The translations under genes and the position numbers were made by a program. From Alphaproteobacteria bacterium (lineage in GTDB: Bacteria > Pseudomonadota > Alphaproteobacteria > Holosporales > JBOFFI01), in the NCBI GenBank assembly GCA_051657225.1, contig JBOFKH010000255.1:1-34120 (forward strand): a stretch of 34,120 nt of DNA. The letters are read 5' to 3'. The notes under the pieces were generated by a model. That model saw only the letters and a program-made list of their open reading frames with translations, was not told where the DNA came from and did no database searches. How positions within the stretch are numbered: position 1 is the first letter of the stretch; each line of letters begins with the position of its first letter. Shown here piece by piece: positions 22,400 through 32,982 of the stretch.

Positions 22400-24061
22400 T
22401 TACTCAGCATGAACCCTTAAAATCTGGACGTGGGTCATGGGCTTTTTCCCTCGGCTATAGAAAATAGCCTGGCGAGCTGCTTTTTTCAGCACCTCTGCAA
22501 CAACCCCATTGCTCGACCGCTCAGATGACGACAGCGATGAAAGGGCTGATGCTATCGCGCCTTCCACATCCATACGCAGATTTTCGTGATCTTCTGGCTC
22601 AGCAAGTCCCCATAGATCCACCTGGGTTCCCTTGAGTTTCCCACTGGAGGACAACGCGACGGAAGCCTGAATAAACCCACTTGTAGCCAGCTGAAGCCTG
22701 TTGTGCATCGTGACGCCATAATAGGGAATCAGCGCTTTTCCATCCAGAGCAATCCGCCCTGAAGCGAGCTCTCCCACACACTGGGCACCTTCTTCCCTAG
22801 ACAGCTCTATCACCTGACCGTTACGAGGCGGGAATGCATGGGGAACACCCAATTCAAGGGCAAGCTCTGCATGGGCGATGAGATGGCGGTCTTCCCCGTG
22901 AACAGGAACAGCAATATGGGGACGAATCCACCCATACATCTCCTTTAATTCAGAGCGAGATGGATGTCCTGAAACATGGATAAAATCAGTATCTCGGTGG
23001 GTGACGATATGAACCCCCTGACGCGCCAGTTGATTTTGCAGTGCAAAGATCGCCTTCTCGTTCCCAGGGATCACCCGGGAAGAGAACACAACCGCATCTT
23101 CCTCATCCAACCTAACCCTGGGATGCTTCTGTTGTGCAATACGAGAAAGGGCTGCGCGGGCCTCTCCCTGGCTTCCTGTACAAACGAGAAGTACTTTTTC
23201 CTTGGGTATTCTGGAAAGATCATGTTCCGTTAAAAACGGCGGTAGATTTTGAAAGTATCCAGCAGACCTTGCTGCTTGATCTACACGCTCCAACGACCTT
23301 CCCACAAGCGCTACCGAACGCCCTGTGGCTTCTCCAATGGCAGCACAGGTCGCAAGCCGCGCCGCATTGGACGCAAAACACGAGATCAGCACGCGGCTCT
23401 CGGGAAATCGCTTCACAACTTCCAGCAAGCTATCACGCACATCTCGTTCAGAACCTGAATGATTCTCTTCAAACACGTTGGTGGAGTCGCAAACCATTGC
23501 CAACACCCCTTCATCCCCAATTTTTTTGAGGGCTTCTTCATCGGTAAGCTCCCCTAACATCGGATCTGGATCGATCTTCCAATCTCCCGTATGCAACACG
23601 GTGCCAGCGGGGGTTCGAATCGCCAAAGCATTGGGTTCCAAAATGGAGTGGGTGAGGGAAATGAAGGTTATGTGAAAAGGATCTAAATCCAGGGTTCCAG
23701 AAAGCGGAATCTCTGTCAGCGGGGCCTTAATGTGATTCTCTTTAAGCTTATGCCGCAAGATTTCAGCCGTGAAAGGCGTCGCATAGAGGGGACACCTCAA
23801 CTGTTGCCACAAATGGGGAACAGCGCCAATGTGGTCCTCATGGGCGTGGGTTAAGACAACACCCACTAACTTGTTCACATAAGGCTTAAGGGCCTGGATA
23901 TCTGGCATGACAACTTCTATACCAGGGTTTTCGTCAAAGGTGACGCCTAAGTCCACCATCAACCATTTGCCATTATATTGATAAAGGTTGAGGTTCATCC
24001 CAATCTCGCCAGAACCCCCTAAGGGAATAAAATACAAGGTATTCTTTTTAAATTTAAGCAC
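22400..24061 (-). CDS. rnj: Ribonuclease J (metallo-beta-lactamase / beta-CASP)
   Basis: The HxHxDH motif is VLTHAHEDHIGAV, and beta-CASP and C-terminal domains are present. The GTG start is preceded by an AAGGAG RBS. Confidence 0.9.
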   Translation of the reverse strand: MLKFKKNTLYFIPLGGSGEIGMNLNLYQYNGKWLMVDLGVTFDENPGIEVVMPDIQALKPYVNKLVGVVLTHAHEDHIGAVPHLWQQLRCPLYATPFTAEILRHKLKENHIKAPLTEIPLSGTLDLDPFHITFISLTHSILEPNALAIRTPAGTVLHTGDWKIDPDPMLGELTDEEALKKIGDEGVLAMVCDSTNVFEENHSGSERDVRDSLLEVVKRFPESRVLISCFASNAARLATCAAIGEATGRSVALVGRSLERVDQAARSAGYFQNLPPFLTEHDLSRIPKEKVLLVCTGSQGEARAALSRIAQQKHPRVRLDEEDAVVFSSRVIPGNEKAIFALQNQLARQGVHIVTHRDTDFIHVSGHPSRSELKEMYGWIRPHIAVPVHGEDRHLIAHAELALELGVPHAFPPRNGQVIELSREEGAQCVGELASGRIALDGKALIPYYGVTMHNRLQLATSGFIQASVALSSSGKLKGTQVDLWGLAEPEDHENLRMDVEGAIASALSSLSSSERSSNGVVAEVLKKAARQAIFYSRGKKPMTHVQILRVHAE

Positions 24062-24130
24062 GAAACTCCTTTACATCCTTCTTTGTAAAAATAAATTGAT
24101 TCAAGCTGTACAGGCTAACGCATTTTTTCT

Positions 24131-24808
24131 CTAGAAGTCAAGGTTCCGATAATCAGGCGCAGGGGTAATGCCCGGAACAACCTCCATCAAAAACGGTCTA
24201 AAGGTTGGGCGAGACTTAATCCGCGCATACCATTCTTTCGCAACAGGATGTTTTTCCCACGGCACATCCCCCAGATAATCGATGCTGGACAGGTGGGTCG
24301 CCGCCACAATATCCGCCATGGAAAAAAAAGAACCTGCAAGCCAGTTGCGCTGATCACAAAGCCAATCGATATAGCCTAAATGTTCCTGGAGGGCGGTTCT
24401 ACCTCTGCGCAAAGCAGAAGAATCTGGTCCTCCATGACCTGCCTGACGTTTAAGGATTTTTTCAAACACCAAATTCACGGTAACGTTTTCGTAAAATTTT
24501 GTATTAAACCAGTGACAAAGGCGCCTGATTTCGTTTTTATCGCACAGCGCCTCCCCCATCAAAGGGATCTGAGGATAGCGCGCATCCAGATATTCTGAGA
24601 TGGCATAGTCTCCTACAACCAAGCTGGTTTCAGCGTCGATGCTATCCTCCAAGACCGGTAAAACCCCTGATGGATTTAAGCCCAATAACCGCTCAGAAAG
24701 CTGCCAAGCCTTCTCTTCTATCAAATGAACTTCTATCTTTTTTTCTTGCAGCATCAGCCGAATCTGACGAGAAAACGGACAAATGACCATATGGTAGAGG
24801 ATTTTCAT
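24131..24808 (-). CDS. Glutathione S-transferase family protein
   Basis: The N-terminal thioredoxin-like domain has a CPFS motif (KILYHMVICPFSRQIRLML), followed by a C-terminal helical GST domain. The start is set at MKILYH, and the ORF is open two codons further upstream. Confidence 0.75.
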   Translation of the reverse strand: MKILYHMVICPFSRQIRLMLQEKKIEVHLIEEKAWQLSERLLGLNPSGVLPVLEDSIDAETSLVVGDYAISEYLDARYPQIPLMGEALCDKNEIRRLCHWFNTKFYENVTVNLVFEKILKRQAGHGGPDSSALRRGRTALQEHLGYIDWLCDQRNWLAGSFFSMADIVAATHLSSIDYLGDVPWEKHPVAKEWYARIKSRPTFRPFLMEVVPGITPAPDYRNLDF

Positions 24809-24983
24809 CAACACTTTTTCCTTCTAACAGGTTAAAAACGCGATTTTTTTGACTATAAAATCGTCCCCTTATGTGTTATGGATCCATTTTAAAGATGTCT
24901 GGGATTGGGTCAATGGAAAAAAGATCTTAAAGGACATTTTTTGTGACTTATGCCAAATAGCAGATTTAAAAAAGGACGAGGTA

Positions 24984-25781
24984 ATGCCCCTTGATCAACT
25001 TGTGATTCTCGCGCTGATCCAAGGCATTACAGAGTTTCTTCCCATCAGCTCTTCGGGGCATCTTGTCTTGATCCCCGCCCTTATGGGGTGGAAAGAGCAC
25101 CCCCTTTTCATGGATGTGGCCGTTCATTTAGGAACCCTTGGTTCTGTGATGGTCTATTTTTACCGGGATATTGGGAAAATGTTTCTGGGGTTTTTCCATA
25201 CATTACAAAAAAAACCTTCACCTGAGCGCAACCTCTTTCTCAACCTTGTCTTAGCAACGCTTCCTGTGGTTTTGTGTGGCTATCTCATCGACCGCTATCT
25301 GGCCCATCTCTTGCGGGGAGTTGGAGTCATTGCCTGCTCCAGCATCGCCTTTGGCCTGCTGCTCTATGGGGTTGACCGTTACCAAAAATATGACACCCGA
25401 AAAATTTCCCAAATTTCTTGGGGACATGCTTTTGTCTGGGGAGTTTTTCAGGTTATCGCGCTGGTTCCCGGCGTTAGCCGCTCAGGCATCTGCATGACAG
25501 CGGGCAGATGGCTTGGGTACCATCGTGTCGAAGCGGCTCATTTTTCCTTTCTGATGGCGATCCCTACCATTTTAGCCGCCGGCACGTTGAAGACCTATCA
25601 ATGCATCCAAGCTGGGGATAGCCACCTCTTGCAACAAGGCCTTCTGGGGGGCGGCATTGCTTTTATAACGGGGCTGTGTGCTATTTCATGGATGATGCGC
25701 TGGCTGCGCCAAGGTTCTTTTCTGCCTTTCGTGATCTATCGCATCTGCCTGGGAATCATCTTGCTGCTTTGGTTTTTCTAA
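24984..25781 (+). CDS. uppP: Undecaprenyl-diphosphate phosphatase
   Basis: BacA/UppP motifs are GITEFLPISSSGHL and VPGVSRSG. The start is set at the ATG at 24984 after an AGGACGAGG RBS, giving 265 aa. The listed TTG at 24849 adds an atypical 45-aa extension. Confidence 0.92.
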   Translation: MPLDQLVILALIQGITEFLPISSSGHLVLIPALMGWKEHPLFMDVAVHLGTLGSVMVYFYRDIGKMFLGFFHTLQKKPSPERNLFLNLVLATLPVVLCGYLIDRYLAHLLRGVGVIACSSIAFGLLLYGVDRYQKYDTRKISQISWGHAFVWGVFQVIALVPGVSRSGICMTAGRWLGYHRVEAAHFSFLMAIPTILAAGTLKTYQCIQAGDSHLLQQGLLGGGIAFITGLCAISWMMRWLRQGSFLPFVIYRICLGIILLLWFF

Positions 25782-25878
25782 AAATACCCCCTAGAGAAGA
25801 AGAAGAAAATTTGCTAAGGAAGAGAAGGGTTTGGGCCCATGTTTGCTTGCCTACCCCAATTTGAAAGGAATTTACTCC

Positions 25879-27168
25879 ATGCGTGCCTCAGCCTATTTTT
25901 TCCCAACCCTTAAAGAGATCCCCAGTGAGGCTCAAATTGCTTCTCACCGTTTGATGTTGCGGGCGGGTCTGATCTGCCAGGTCACGGCGGGGGTATATGC
26001 GTGGCTTCCCCTCGGGCTGAAGGTGTTGCGCAAGATTGAACAGATTGTGCGAGAAGAACAAAATCGCGCCGGTTGCCTGGAAGTGTTGATGCCCACCATC
26101 CAACCCGCAGAGCTTTGGCGCAAAAGCGGACGCTATGACGATTATGGAAAAGAAATGCTGCGCTTCAAGGATCGGCATGAGCGCGACATGCTTTATGGCC
26201 CCACGGCGGAAGAAGTGATCACAGACATCTTCCAACAGCATGTCAAAAGTTACCGTGACCTGCCCAAGCGCCTTTACAACATCCAATGGAAATTTCGAGA
26301 TGAGATTCGCCCTCGTTTTGGCGTCATGCGGGGGCGTGAATTTTTAATGAAGGATACCTATTCCTTTGACCTCACCCCTGAAGCAGCTAAAGCTTCTTAC
26401 GTCGCCATGTTTAAAGCCTACCTACAAACCTTTCATCGCCTCGGGTTGCGGGCCATTCCGGTAAAGGCCGATACGGGGCCTATTGGAGGGGATTTAAGCC
26501 ACGAGTTCCACATCCTTGCAGAAACAGGCGAAAGCACCCTTTATTATGATGCGCAGTTTGAAGAGCTCCAAGCTCCTTTTTCTTTGGAGCAAATCGAAAC
26601 GCTCTACGCAGCGACTCAAGAGAAACACGTGCCTGAAAATTGCTCTGTACAGCCCGCCCACCTGCGCCAAGGCCGGGGCATTGAAGTAGGACACATCTTT
26701 TATTTTGGCACCAAATATGCGGAGCCCCTTGGCGCATTTGTTACCACCGCCGAAGGAAAGACGGCCCCCGTTGAGATGGGCTCTTACGGGATTGGCGTGT
26801 CTCGCCTGGTGGGGGCCATTATCGAAGCTTTCCACGATGAAAAGGGGATCATCTGGCCCAAAGCCGTTGCACCTTTTGACGGAGCGCTGATTAACATTAA
26901 GCCCCAGGATCCAACGTGCCGGAACGTCTGTGAAGAACTTTATCACCATTTTTCTGAGAAGGGGATCGAGCTTTTCTATGACGACCGGGAGGCGGTGAGC
27001 GCCGGCGCTAAATTCGCAGATATGGATTTAATTGGCCTACCTTACCAAATGATCGTTGGCCCCAAAGGCCTTGCCCAGGGCTTTGTTGAAGTGAAAAATC
27101 GTAAGACGGGGGATACCTTTCAGCTGACCGTGGAAGCCCTCAAACAAAACGGATTACCAGAAGAATAG
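25879..27168 (+). CDS. proS: Proline--tRNA ligase (short form without the INS editing domain)
   Basis: Class II motifs are present ([34 protein letters not shown]), along with a C-terminal anticodon-binding domain. The start is set at the ATG at 25879 ([13 protein letters not shown]), giving 429 aa. Confidence 0.93.
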   Translation: MRASAYFFPTLKEIPSEAQIASHRLMLRAGLICQVTAGVYAWLPLGLKVLRKIEQIVREEQNRAGCLEVLMPTIQPAELWRKSGRYDDYGKEMLRFKDRHERDMLYGPTAEEVITDIFQQHVKSYRDLPKRLYNIQWKFRDEIRPRFGVMRGREFLMKDTYSFDLTPEAAKASYVAMFKAYLQTFHRLGLRAIPVKADTGPIGGDLSHEFHILAETGESTLYYDAQFEELQAPFSLEQIETLYAATQEKHVPENCSVQPAHLRQGRGIEVGHIFYFGTKYAEPLGAFVTTAEGKTAPVEMGSYGIGVSRLVGAIIEAFHDEKGIIWPKAVAPFDGALINIKPQDPTCRNVCEELYHHFSEKGIELFYDDREAVSAGAKFADMDLIGLPYQMIVGPKGLAQGFVEVKNRKTGDTFQLTVEALKQNGLPEE

Positions 27169-27362
27169 GGAGTCTTGTATGTTATGAACGCGTACACGCA
27201 CACAGATCTCCTTGAAGTTTTAACCGTTTCTTTGTATCCTTGGGCAGTGGTACCCAGGCTTATGAGGCTTTTTGTGGGAGAGGCGGATCTTTTTCAAGAG
27301 CAAAAGACTCCCGCGATTGATATCACAGTTATAAATTTTAATTTGGGATAAGTGAAAAATCC

Positions 27363-29198
27363 ATGTCGTTTGAGAAATCCTTAAGAAATCTAGCCATCAT
27401 CGCCCACGTGGACCATGGTAAAACAACTTTGGTTGACGCGCTTTTGCGCCAAAGCGGTACGTTTCAAGACCACCAGCAAGTCAGTGAACGTATCATGGAT
27501 TCCAATGATCTTGAAAAAGAGCGTGGCATCACCATTTTGGCTAAATGCACCTCCATCCTCTGGCAGGGCCATCGTCTCAATATTGTGGACACACCAGGCC
27601 ATGCAGACTTTGGTGGTGAGGTCGAACGGATCTTATCCATGGTTGACGGCGTTCTTTTGCTGGTTGATTCTGCAGAAGGTGTTATGCCCCAAACAAAATT
27701 TGTATTGGCTAAAGCTCTGAAGCGTGGGCTCAAACCTATTGTGATTGTTAACAAGATTGACCGCCCAGATGCGCGCTCTGAAGACGTACATTTAGAGGTC
27801 TTAGAATTATTTTCCCTCCTGGATGCTTCGCCAGAACAGATGGATTTCCCCGTTTTGTACGCGTCAGGTCGTCAAGGATGGGCAGTTAAGGAACTAGGCG
27901 ACGCCCAAGAGAATTTGACGCCGCTGTTTGAGGAAATGGTTCGCAGCATTCCTGAAGTTCAAGGAAATAAAGAAGCACCGTTGCGGGTGTTGGTTTCGTT
28001 GCTGGAGGTTAACCCTTATCTGGGACGGATCTTGATCGGTCGCGTCGCTGAGGGAACTTTAAAAGTTAACCAAACCCTCAAGGCCCTTTCTTTGGACGGA
28101 AAAACTGTAGAACAAGCCCGCGTTACAAAGCTTATGCGTTTCCAGGGCATTGAAAAAGTTGCTGTAGAGGAGGTTCGCACAGGGGACATCATCGCCATTG
28201 CGGGGTTTGAAAAAGCTTCTGTCACCCACACCCTCTGTGCACCAGATGTAACAGAGCCCCTTGAGACGCTTCCCATTGATCCTCCCACCCTTTCCATCGT
28301 GTTTGCTGTTAATGATAGCCCGTTTGCAGGGAAAGAAGGCTCTAAAGTAACCTCACGAGCCATTCGTGATCGCCTTCTCCAAGAAGCCGAAGGTAACGTG
28401 GCGATTCAGGTTACAGAGACAGCAGAAAAAGATGCGTTTGATGTGGCAGGGCGTGGCGAACTTCAATTGGGCATTTTGATTGAAACCATGCGCCGGGAAG
28501 GGTTTGAGCTTTCGATTATGCGTCCACGGGTATTGTATCAAAAAGATCCCGAAACGGGGAAAAATTTAGAACCCCTTGAAGAATTGCAGGTAGATGTAGA
28601 TGAACCCTACACGGGTATTGTCATTGAGAAATTGAGCCTGCGTCGTGGTGAAATGGTGGAGATGAAACCTTCAGGAGGAGGCAAGGTGCGGCTTAGCTTC
28701 ATCATTCCTTCACGGGGGCTCATTGGGTATCAAGGGGAATTTTTAACAGACACCAGAGGCTCTGGCGTGATGAGCCGTCTGTTCCACGGCTATGCTCCCC
28801 ACAGAGGCCCCATTGAGGAACGACGCAACGGTGTGCTTATCTCCAATAGCACGGGTGTTGCCGCAGATTATGCTTTGTTCAACCTTGAAGAGCGAGGCGT
28901 CTTGTTTATTGGAGGGAACGTTCCAGTTTATGAGGGCATGATTATCGGAGAACATAGCAGAGAGAATGATTTAGAGGTCAATCCTTTGAAAGCCAAGCAA
29001 CTCACGAACTTTCGGGCTGCAGGTAAAGACGAGGCTGTGCGCCTTACGCCACCGCGGTTGATGACCTTGGAGCAAGCCATTACGTATATTCAAGGAGATG
29101 AGTCTGTTGAAATTACGCCAAAATCTATTCGGTTACGGAAAATTTTGCTGAATCCCCACGATCGCAAAAAAGCAGGACGATCTGGCAGAACTGATTGA
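27363..29198 (+). CDS. typA: Translational GTPase TypA/BipA
   Basis: GTPase motifs are G1 [10 protein letters not shown]3 DTPGHADF and G4 NKID. The protein is 611 aa and has the BipA-specific C-terminal domain. Confidence 0.96.
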   Translation: MSFEKSLRNLAIIAHVDHGKTTLVDALLRQSGTFQDHQQVSERIMDSNDLEKERGITILAKCTSILWQGHRLNIVDTPGHADFGGEVERILSMVDGVLLLVDSAEGVMPQTKFVLAKALKRGLKPIVIVNKIDRPDARSEDVHLEVLELFSLLDASPEQMDFPVLYASGRQGWAVKELGDAQENLTPLFEEMVRSIPEVQGNKEAPLRVLVSLLEVNPYLGRILIGRVAEGTLKVNQTLKALSLDGKTVEQARVTKLMRFQGIEKVAVEEVRTGDIIAIAGFEKASVTHTLCAPDVTEPLETLPIDPPTLSIVFAVNDSPFAGKEGSKVTSRAIRDRLLQEAEGNVAIQVTETAEKDAFDVAGRGELQLGILIETMRREGFELSIMRPRVLYQKDPETGKNLEPLEELQVDVDEPYTGIVIEKLSLRRGEMVEMKPSGGGKVRLSFIIPSRGLIGYQGEFLTDTRGSGVMSRLFHGYAPHRGPIEERRNGVLISNSTGVAADYALFNLEERGVLFIGGNVPVYEGMIIGEHSRENDLEVNPLKAKQLTNFRAAGKDEAVRLTPPRLMTLEQAITYIQGDESVEITPKSIRLRKILLNPHDRKKAGRSGRTD

Positions 29199-29250
29199 AA
29201 AAAATAAATTTTTTATTTGCTAAAATTTAGTTTGTCGGTAGGATATTGGC

Positions 29251-29877
29251 ATGCCAGTGAATCTTTTGATGGAAAACGATTCTGCGATGTTTTTGAAGTT
29301 TTTTTTGTGCCTCATTTCTTACCTGCTGGGAAGCATTCCCTCTGGGCTTATATTGACGCGCCTTCATAAAATGGACGATATACGTCAAGCAGGATCTGGC
29401 AATATTGGCGCTACCAATGTCTTGCGGTTGGGGGGTAAAAAATTAGGGTTTTTAACCCTTTTAGCTGATTTCCTTAAAGGTTCGCTTCCAGTTGGTTCTG
29501 CTTTGGTGTTGTGCCCTGAAATAGCTTCCCTTTCAGCTATTTGTGCTGTCTTGGGGCACGTTTTCCCTGTTTGGCTTCAATTTCGGGGCGGAAAAGGGGT
29601 TGCCACCAGCCTTGGGGTTCTTTCGGTTCTTTCATTCACATCTACCGTATTGTGTTGTTTAGTTTGGTTAGGGGTTGTGCGGGTGACGCGCTATGCATCA
29701 CTGTCTTCGTTGGTTGCTTTTTCATGTCTTCCTATTTTCCTTCTTTTTCTTGAGGAAACGCACCTCTTGCTGATGAGTCTGATCCTGTTGGGGATAGCAG
29801 TTTATACCCACAGGGAAAATATCCACCGGTTATTTTTAAAAACTGAATTTAAAATAGGTGAAAAGAGGGAGTTATAA
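29251..29877 (+). CDS. plsY: Glycerol-3-phosphate acyltransferase PlsY
   Basis: PlsY motifs are YLLGSIPSG, GSGNIGATN and HVFPVWLQFRGGKGVAT. An alternative start at 29287 is possible. Confidence 0.92.
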   Translation: MPVNLLMENDSAMFLKFFLCLISYLLGSIPSGLILTRLHKMDDIRQAGSGNIGATNVLRLGGKKLGFLTLLADFLKGSLPVGSALVLCPEIASLSAICAVLGHVFPVWLQFRGGKGVATSLGVLSVLSFTSTVLCCLVWLGVVRVTRYASLSSLVAFSCLPIFLLFLEETHLLLMSLILLGIAVYTHRENIHRLFLKTEFKIGEKREL

Positions 29878-29881
29878 AAAA

Positions 29882-31039
29882 ATGGCACGTAAGCCTAAAA
29901 AAGCTTTGCAAAGGGGAGAAATTTTTAATTTTACTGAAGAGGCTAAACTGCATTGGTTGCGACTGTTGCGGACAGAAAACATTGGTCCTGTAACGTTCTA
30001 CCATTTATTGAACCGCTTTGGTACCGCAGAAGAAGCGCTTAAGCGGCTGCCTGACATCGCCCATCGCACGGGGCGCAAAACACCGCTCCAAATTCCTTCC
30101 CTAAAGGAAATTATAAAAGAATACGACAGCTATCAGGCGCTGGGGATTCATTTGATTGCACGTCCAGACCCAGATTATCCAGAAATTTTAGGAAAAATTT
30201 CGGATGCCCCGCCTTTATTGAGCGTGATTGGCCGTGTTGAATTGCTCCGCAAACCTATGTTTGGGATTGTGGGGGCTCGAAATGCTTCAGCTGTTGGAAG
30301 GCAAATGGCGGAAGATTATGCAGAAAAGCTTGGCTATGAAGGCATGGTCGTTGTATCAGGTCTTGCGCGTGGCATTGATACCCATGCCCATAAAGGCAGC
30401 CTAGCAACGGGCACCATTGCTGTGTTGCCTGGCGGTGTAGACCAAATATACCCACCCGAAAATAAAGTGCTTTACAAAACTATTTCGGAAGAAGGTCTCT
30501 TGATTTCTGAAGCTCCCCTTGGAATTGCTCCCCAAGCAAGCCTTTTCCCAAGGCGAAATCGCTTAATTTCAGGTCTTTCTTGGGGAATTTTAGTGGTGGA
30601 AGCTGCTTTAAAATCAGGCTCTTTGCTGACAGCCCATTTGGCAGCTGAACAGGGACGTGAAGTTTTTGCAATTCCTGGAAACCCTATGGACCCCCGTTCT
30701 CGTGGAACAAATGCGTTAATCCGCCAAGGGGCAGTTTTGGTTCAAAGTACAGAAGATATTTTGGAAGAATACCAGAAACACCGCTATGTTTCTCTGGCTG
30801 AGGAAGAAGATGGGTATAATGAGGAAGAAGAAGAAACTTTCGAAGCCATCTCTGATGACGTTATAGAGCAAGCTCGTCAAGAAATTTGGAAAGCCTTAAA
30901 TCAGGTTCCCATTACCCTAGAAGATTTGTGTAACGTGCTGCATATACCCATAGGGGTTACAAGAATTGCTGTTATTGAGATGGATGTTGCAGGCTTTATC
31001 GATTGGCATACAGGTGGAAAAATCTCCCTCGCATCTTGA
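29882..31039 (+). CDS. dprA: DNA-processing protein DprA (Smf)
   Basis: Rossmann-like core motifs are GIVGARNAS and VVSGLARGIDTHAHKG. The start is set at the ATG at 29882, which follows an AGAGGGAG RBS and lies just after the plsY stop. plsY-dprA is a conserved pairing. Confidence 0.9.
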   Translation: MARKPKKALQRGEIFNFTEEAKLHWLRLLRTENIGPVTFYHLLNRFGTAEEALKRLPDIAHRTGRKTPLQIPSLKEIIKEYDSYQALGIHLIARPDPDYPEILGKISDAPPLLSVIGRVELLRKPMFGIVGARNASAVGRQMAEDYAEKLGYEGMVVVSGLARGIDTHAHKGSLATGTIAVLPGGVDQIYPPENKVLYKTISEEGLLISEAPLGIAPQASLFPRRNRLISGLSWGILVVEAALKSGSLLTAHLAAEQGREVFAIPGNPMDPRSRGTNALIRQGAVLVQSTEDILEEYQKHRYVSLAEEEDGYNEEEEETFEAISDDVIEQARQEIWKALNQVPITLEDLCNVLHIPIGVTRIAVIEMDVAGFIDWHTGGKISLAS

Positions 31040-31070
31040 AGAAATAAATGTCTTTAGGTTTTTCATCACT

Positions 31071-31820
31071 TTAAGAACCTTCAGGAAACCCCACGTTTGT
31101 AAGGTAAAGCCCTTCAGGGGGTGCTGTGGGTCCAGCCAGGCGACGCTCCTTGCATAAAAGCATGTCTTGTATTTTGATGGGGGGCCAGAACCCCTCCCCC
31201 ACGCGCTTAAGGGAGCCAACCATAATGCGAACCTGGTTATGTAAAAAAGACCTGGATTGAATATCAAAGAAGACGTGGTGGCCTTTTCGGCTTATGGATA
31301 GCTGATCTAACGTGCGCATGGCTGAAGCAGCCTGACATTCACTGGAGCGAAAGCTGGAAAAATCGTGGTGACCCACCAAATAAGCAGCCCCTTCTTCCAT
31401 AGCCTCCAAGCAAAGAGGGCGATACACCCACCACACTCGTTTGCGCTCTAAAACGCTTTCGCTGGGCCGGTTTAAGATGATGTATTGGTAGTGTCTGGAA
31501 ATAGCAGAAAATCTAGCATGGAAAGTTTCAGGAACCTCCAGCGCTTCTAGAACTCGAACGGGAAGCTCGTGTAAATAAAAGTTGAGCCCCCGACGCCACG
31601 CATCGCAAGAAACAGGAGCATCGCTCTGGATGTGGGCCACTTGGCCCGTTGCGTGAACCCCTTGGTCTGTGCGTCCAGAACCTTGAACCTGAAGCAGCTT
31701 GCCGGTTAAAGAAAGTATGGCTTCTTCCAAGGCTTGCTGCACTGTGAACGCATCTTTCTGACGCTGCCAGCCAGAGAAAAAAGAGCCATCATATTCAAGG
31801 GTTAATTTATAGCGAGGCAT
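31071..31820 (-). CDS. truA: tRNA pseudouridine(38-40) synthase
   Basis: The sequence begins MPRYKLTLEYDGSFFSGWQRQ, and the catalytic Asp motif is GRTDQGVHATGQVAH. Confidence 0.93.
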   Translation of the reverse strand: MPRYKLTLEYDGSFFSGWQRQKDAFTVQQALEEAILSLTGKLLQVQGSGRTDQGVHATGQVAHIQSDAPVSCDAWRRGLNFYLHELPVRVLEALEVPETFHARFSAISRHYQYIILNRPSESVLERKRVWWVYRPLCLEAMEEGAAYLVGHHDFSSFRSSECQAASAMRTLDQLSISRKGHHVFFDIQSRSFLHNQVRIMVGSLKRVGEGFWPPIKIQDMLLCKERRLAGPTAPPEGLYLTNVGFPEGS

Positions 31821-31826
31821 CGTACC

Positions 31827-32954
31827 TTAAACGGGGTTAGAGATCCGGGTGTGATGATGGATCTCAACACAAAATAGAAACCCAAAGCCAATCAGCAACG
31901 TCAGCATAGACGTTCCACCGTAAGACATCAAGGGAAGGGGAACCCCCACCACAGGAAGCAACCCCATCACCATCGCCATGTTGATAAAGGCATGGAAAAA
32001 AAAGACGCTTGTAACCCCCAAGGCCAGCAGATGGGTAAAAATGAAGCGAGACCTAAGGGTAATTCGGTAAGACAAAATCAAGATACCTGCGTAAAGAGCC
32101 AAAAGGGCCAAACACCCCATCATCCCCATTTCTTCTCCCAACATGGTGAAGATGAAATCTGTTTGCTTTTCAGGAAGAAAATTGAGATGGCTCTGGGTTC
32201 CTGCCATAAACCCCTTCCCCCACAAACCACCAGACCCCAACGCAATCTTGGATTGCAAGATATGATATCCCGCGCCTAACGGGTCTTGCTCTGGGTCTAA
32301 AAAGATGAAGATACGTTTTTTTTGATAATCTCGCAGGAGGCTCCACAAAATGGGAAAAGCTGCCGCGCACGCTCCTCCACCTGCTATAAAAATCCACAGC
32401 CTAAACCCAGCTGCAAAACAAAGCACCAAGCCTACCAAGATCAAGATGCCTGCTGTTCCAAGATCGGGTTGCCGAAGTACCAACAAAGAGGGGACAGCAA
32501 TAAGAAGCACTGGGGTCCAGATATTTCTGAGCAACGGGATGTTCCGCTCACCCAGCCCATGAAAATAGCGGGCGAGGGCAAGGACTAAAGCTATTTTCAT
32601 CAACTCCGAAGGCTGGAGCTGAAATATGTAAAGGTCCACCCAACGCTGGGCTCCCATGCCAACAAACCCCAGTGCCTCAACACACGCCAAAAGGGCCAGG
32701 CAAGCCCCATAAAAAAAGTAAGCTTGGCCCATCCAAAACCGAATATCCACAAGGCTGATCCCAAGCATGAACGTGGCACCAAACCCAAAACGAATCATTT
32801 GTTTGAGCGTCCAAGGGGTCCAGCTTCCCCCAGCAGCAGAGTAAAGCAGCAAAAAACCAAAACAGGCCACGAGGATGATCATTAGAAGGAGCCACCACGG
32901 CAGAAGCCCCCACTTCTTTCCAAGGGACAATGCAGATGAAGAAAAAAGAGCCAT
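31827..32954 (-). CDS. rodA: SEDS-family peptidoglycan glycosyltransferase, RodA-like (FtsW not excluded)
   Basis: 375-aa protein with about 10 TM helices. Family motifs are LQPSELMKIALVLALARYF, GYHILQSKIALGSGGLWGKG and PEKQTDFIF. Confidence 0.75.
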   Translation of the reverse strand: MALFSSSALSLGKKWGLLPWWLLLMIILVACFGFLLLYSAAGGSWTPWTLKQMIRFGFGATFMLGISLVDIRFWMGQAYFFYGACLALLACVEALGFVGMGAQRWVDLYIFQLQPSELMKIALVLALARYFHGLGERNIPLLRNIWTPVLLIAVPSLLVLRQPDLGTAGILILVGLVLCFAAGFRLWIFIAGGGACAAAFPILWSLLRDYQKKRIFIFLDPEQDPLGAGYHILQSKIALGSGGLWGKGFMAGTQSHLNFLPEKQTDFIFTMLGEEMGMMGCLALLALYAGILILSYRITLRSRFIFTHLLALGVTSVFFFHAFINMAMVMGLLPVVGVPLPLMSYGGTSMLTLLIGFGFLFCVEIHHHTRISNPV

Positions 32955-32982
32955 GAAATTAACCTGTTTCTATCCTGAGACC

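Noticed and set aside
27184-27351. 55-codon ORF (MNAYTHTDLLEVL...) in the 194-bp proS-typA spacer
   Set aside because: It has no convincing RBS, no recognisable motif or hydrophobic segment, and is short enough to occur by chance. It is left unannotated. Ribo-seq or conservation evidence could revive it.
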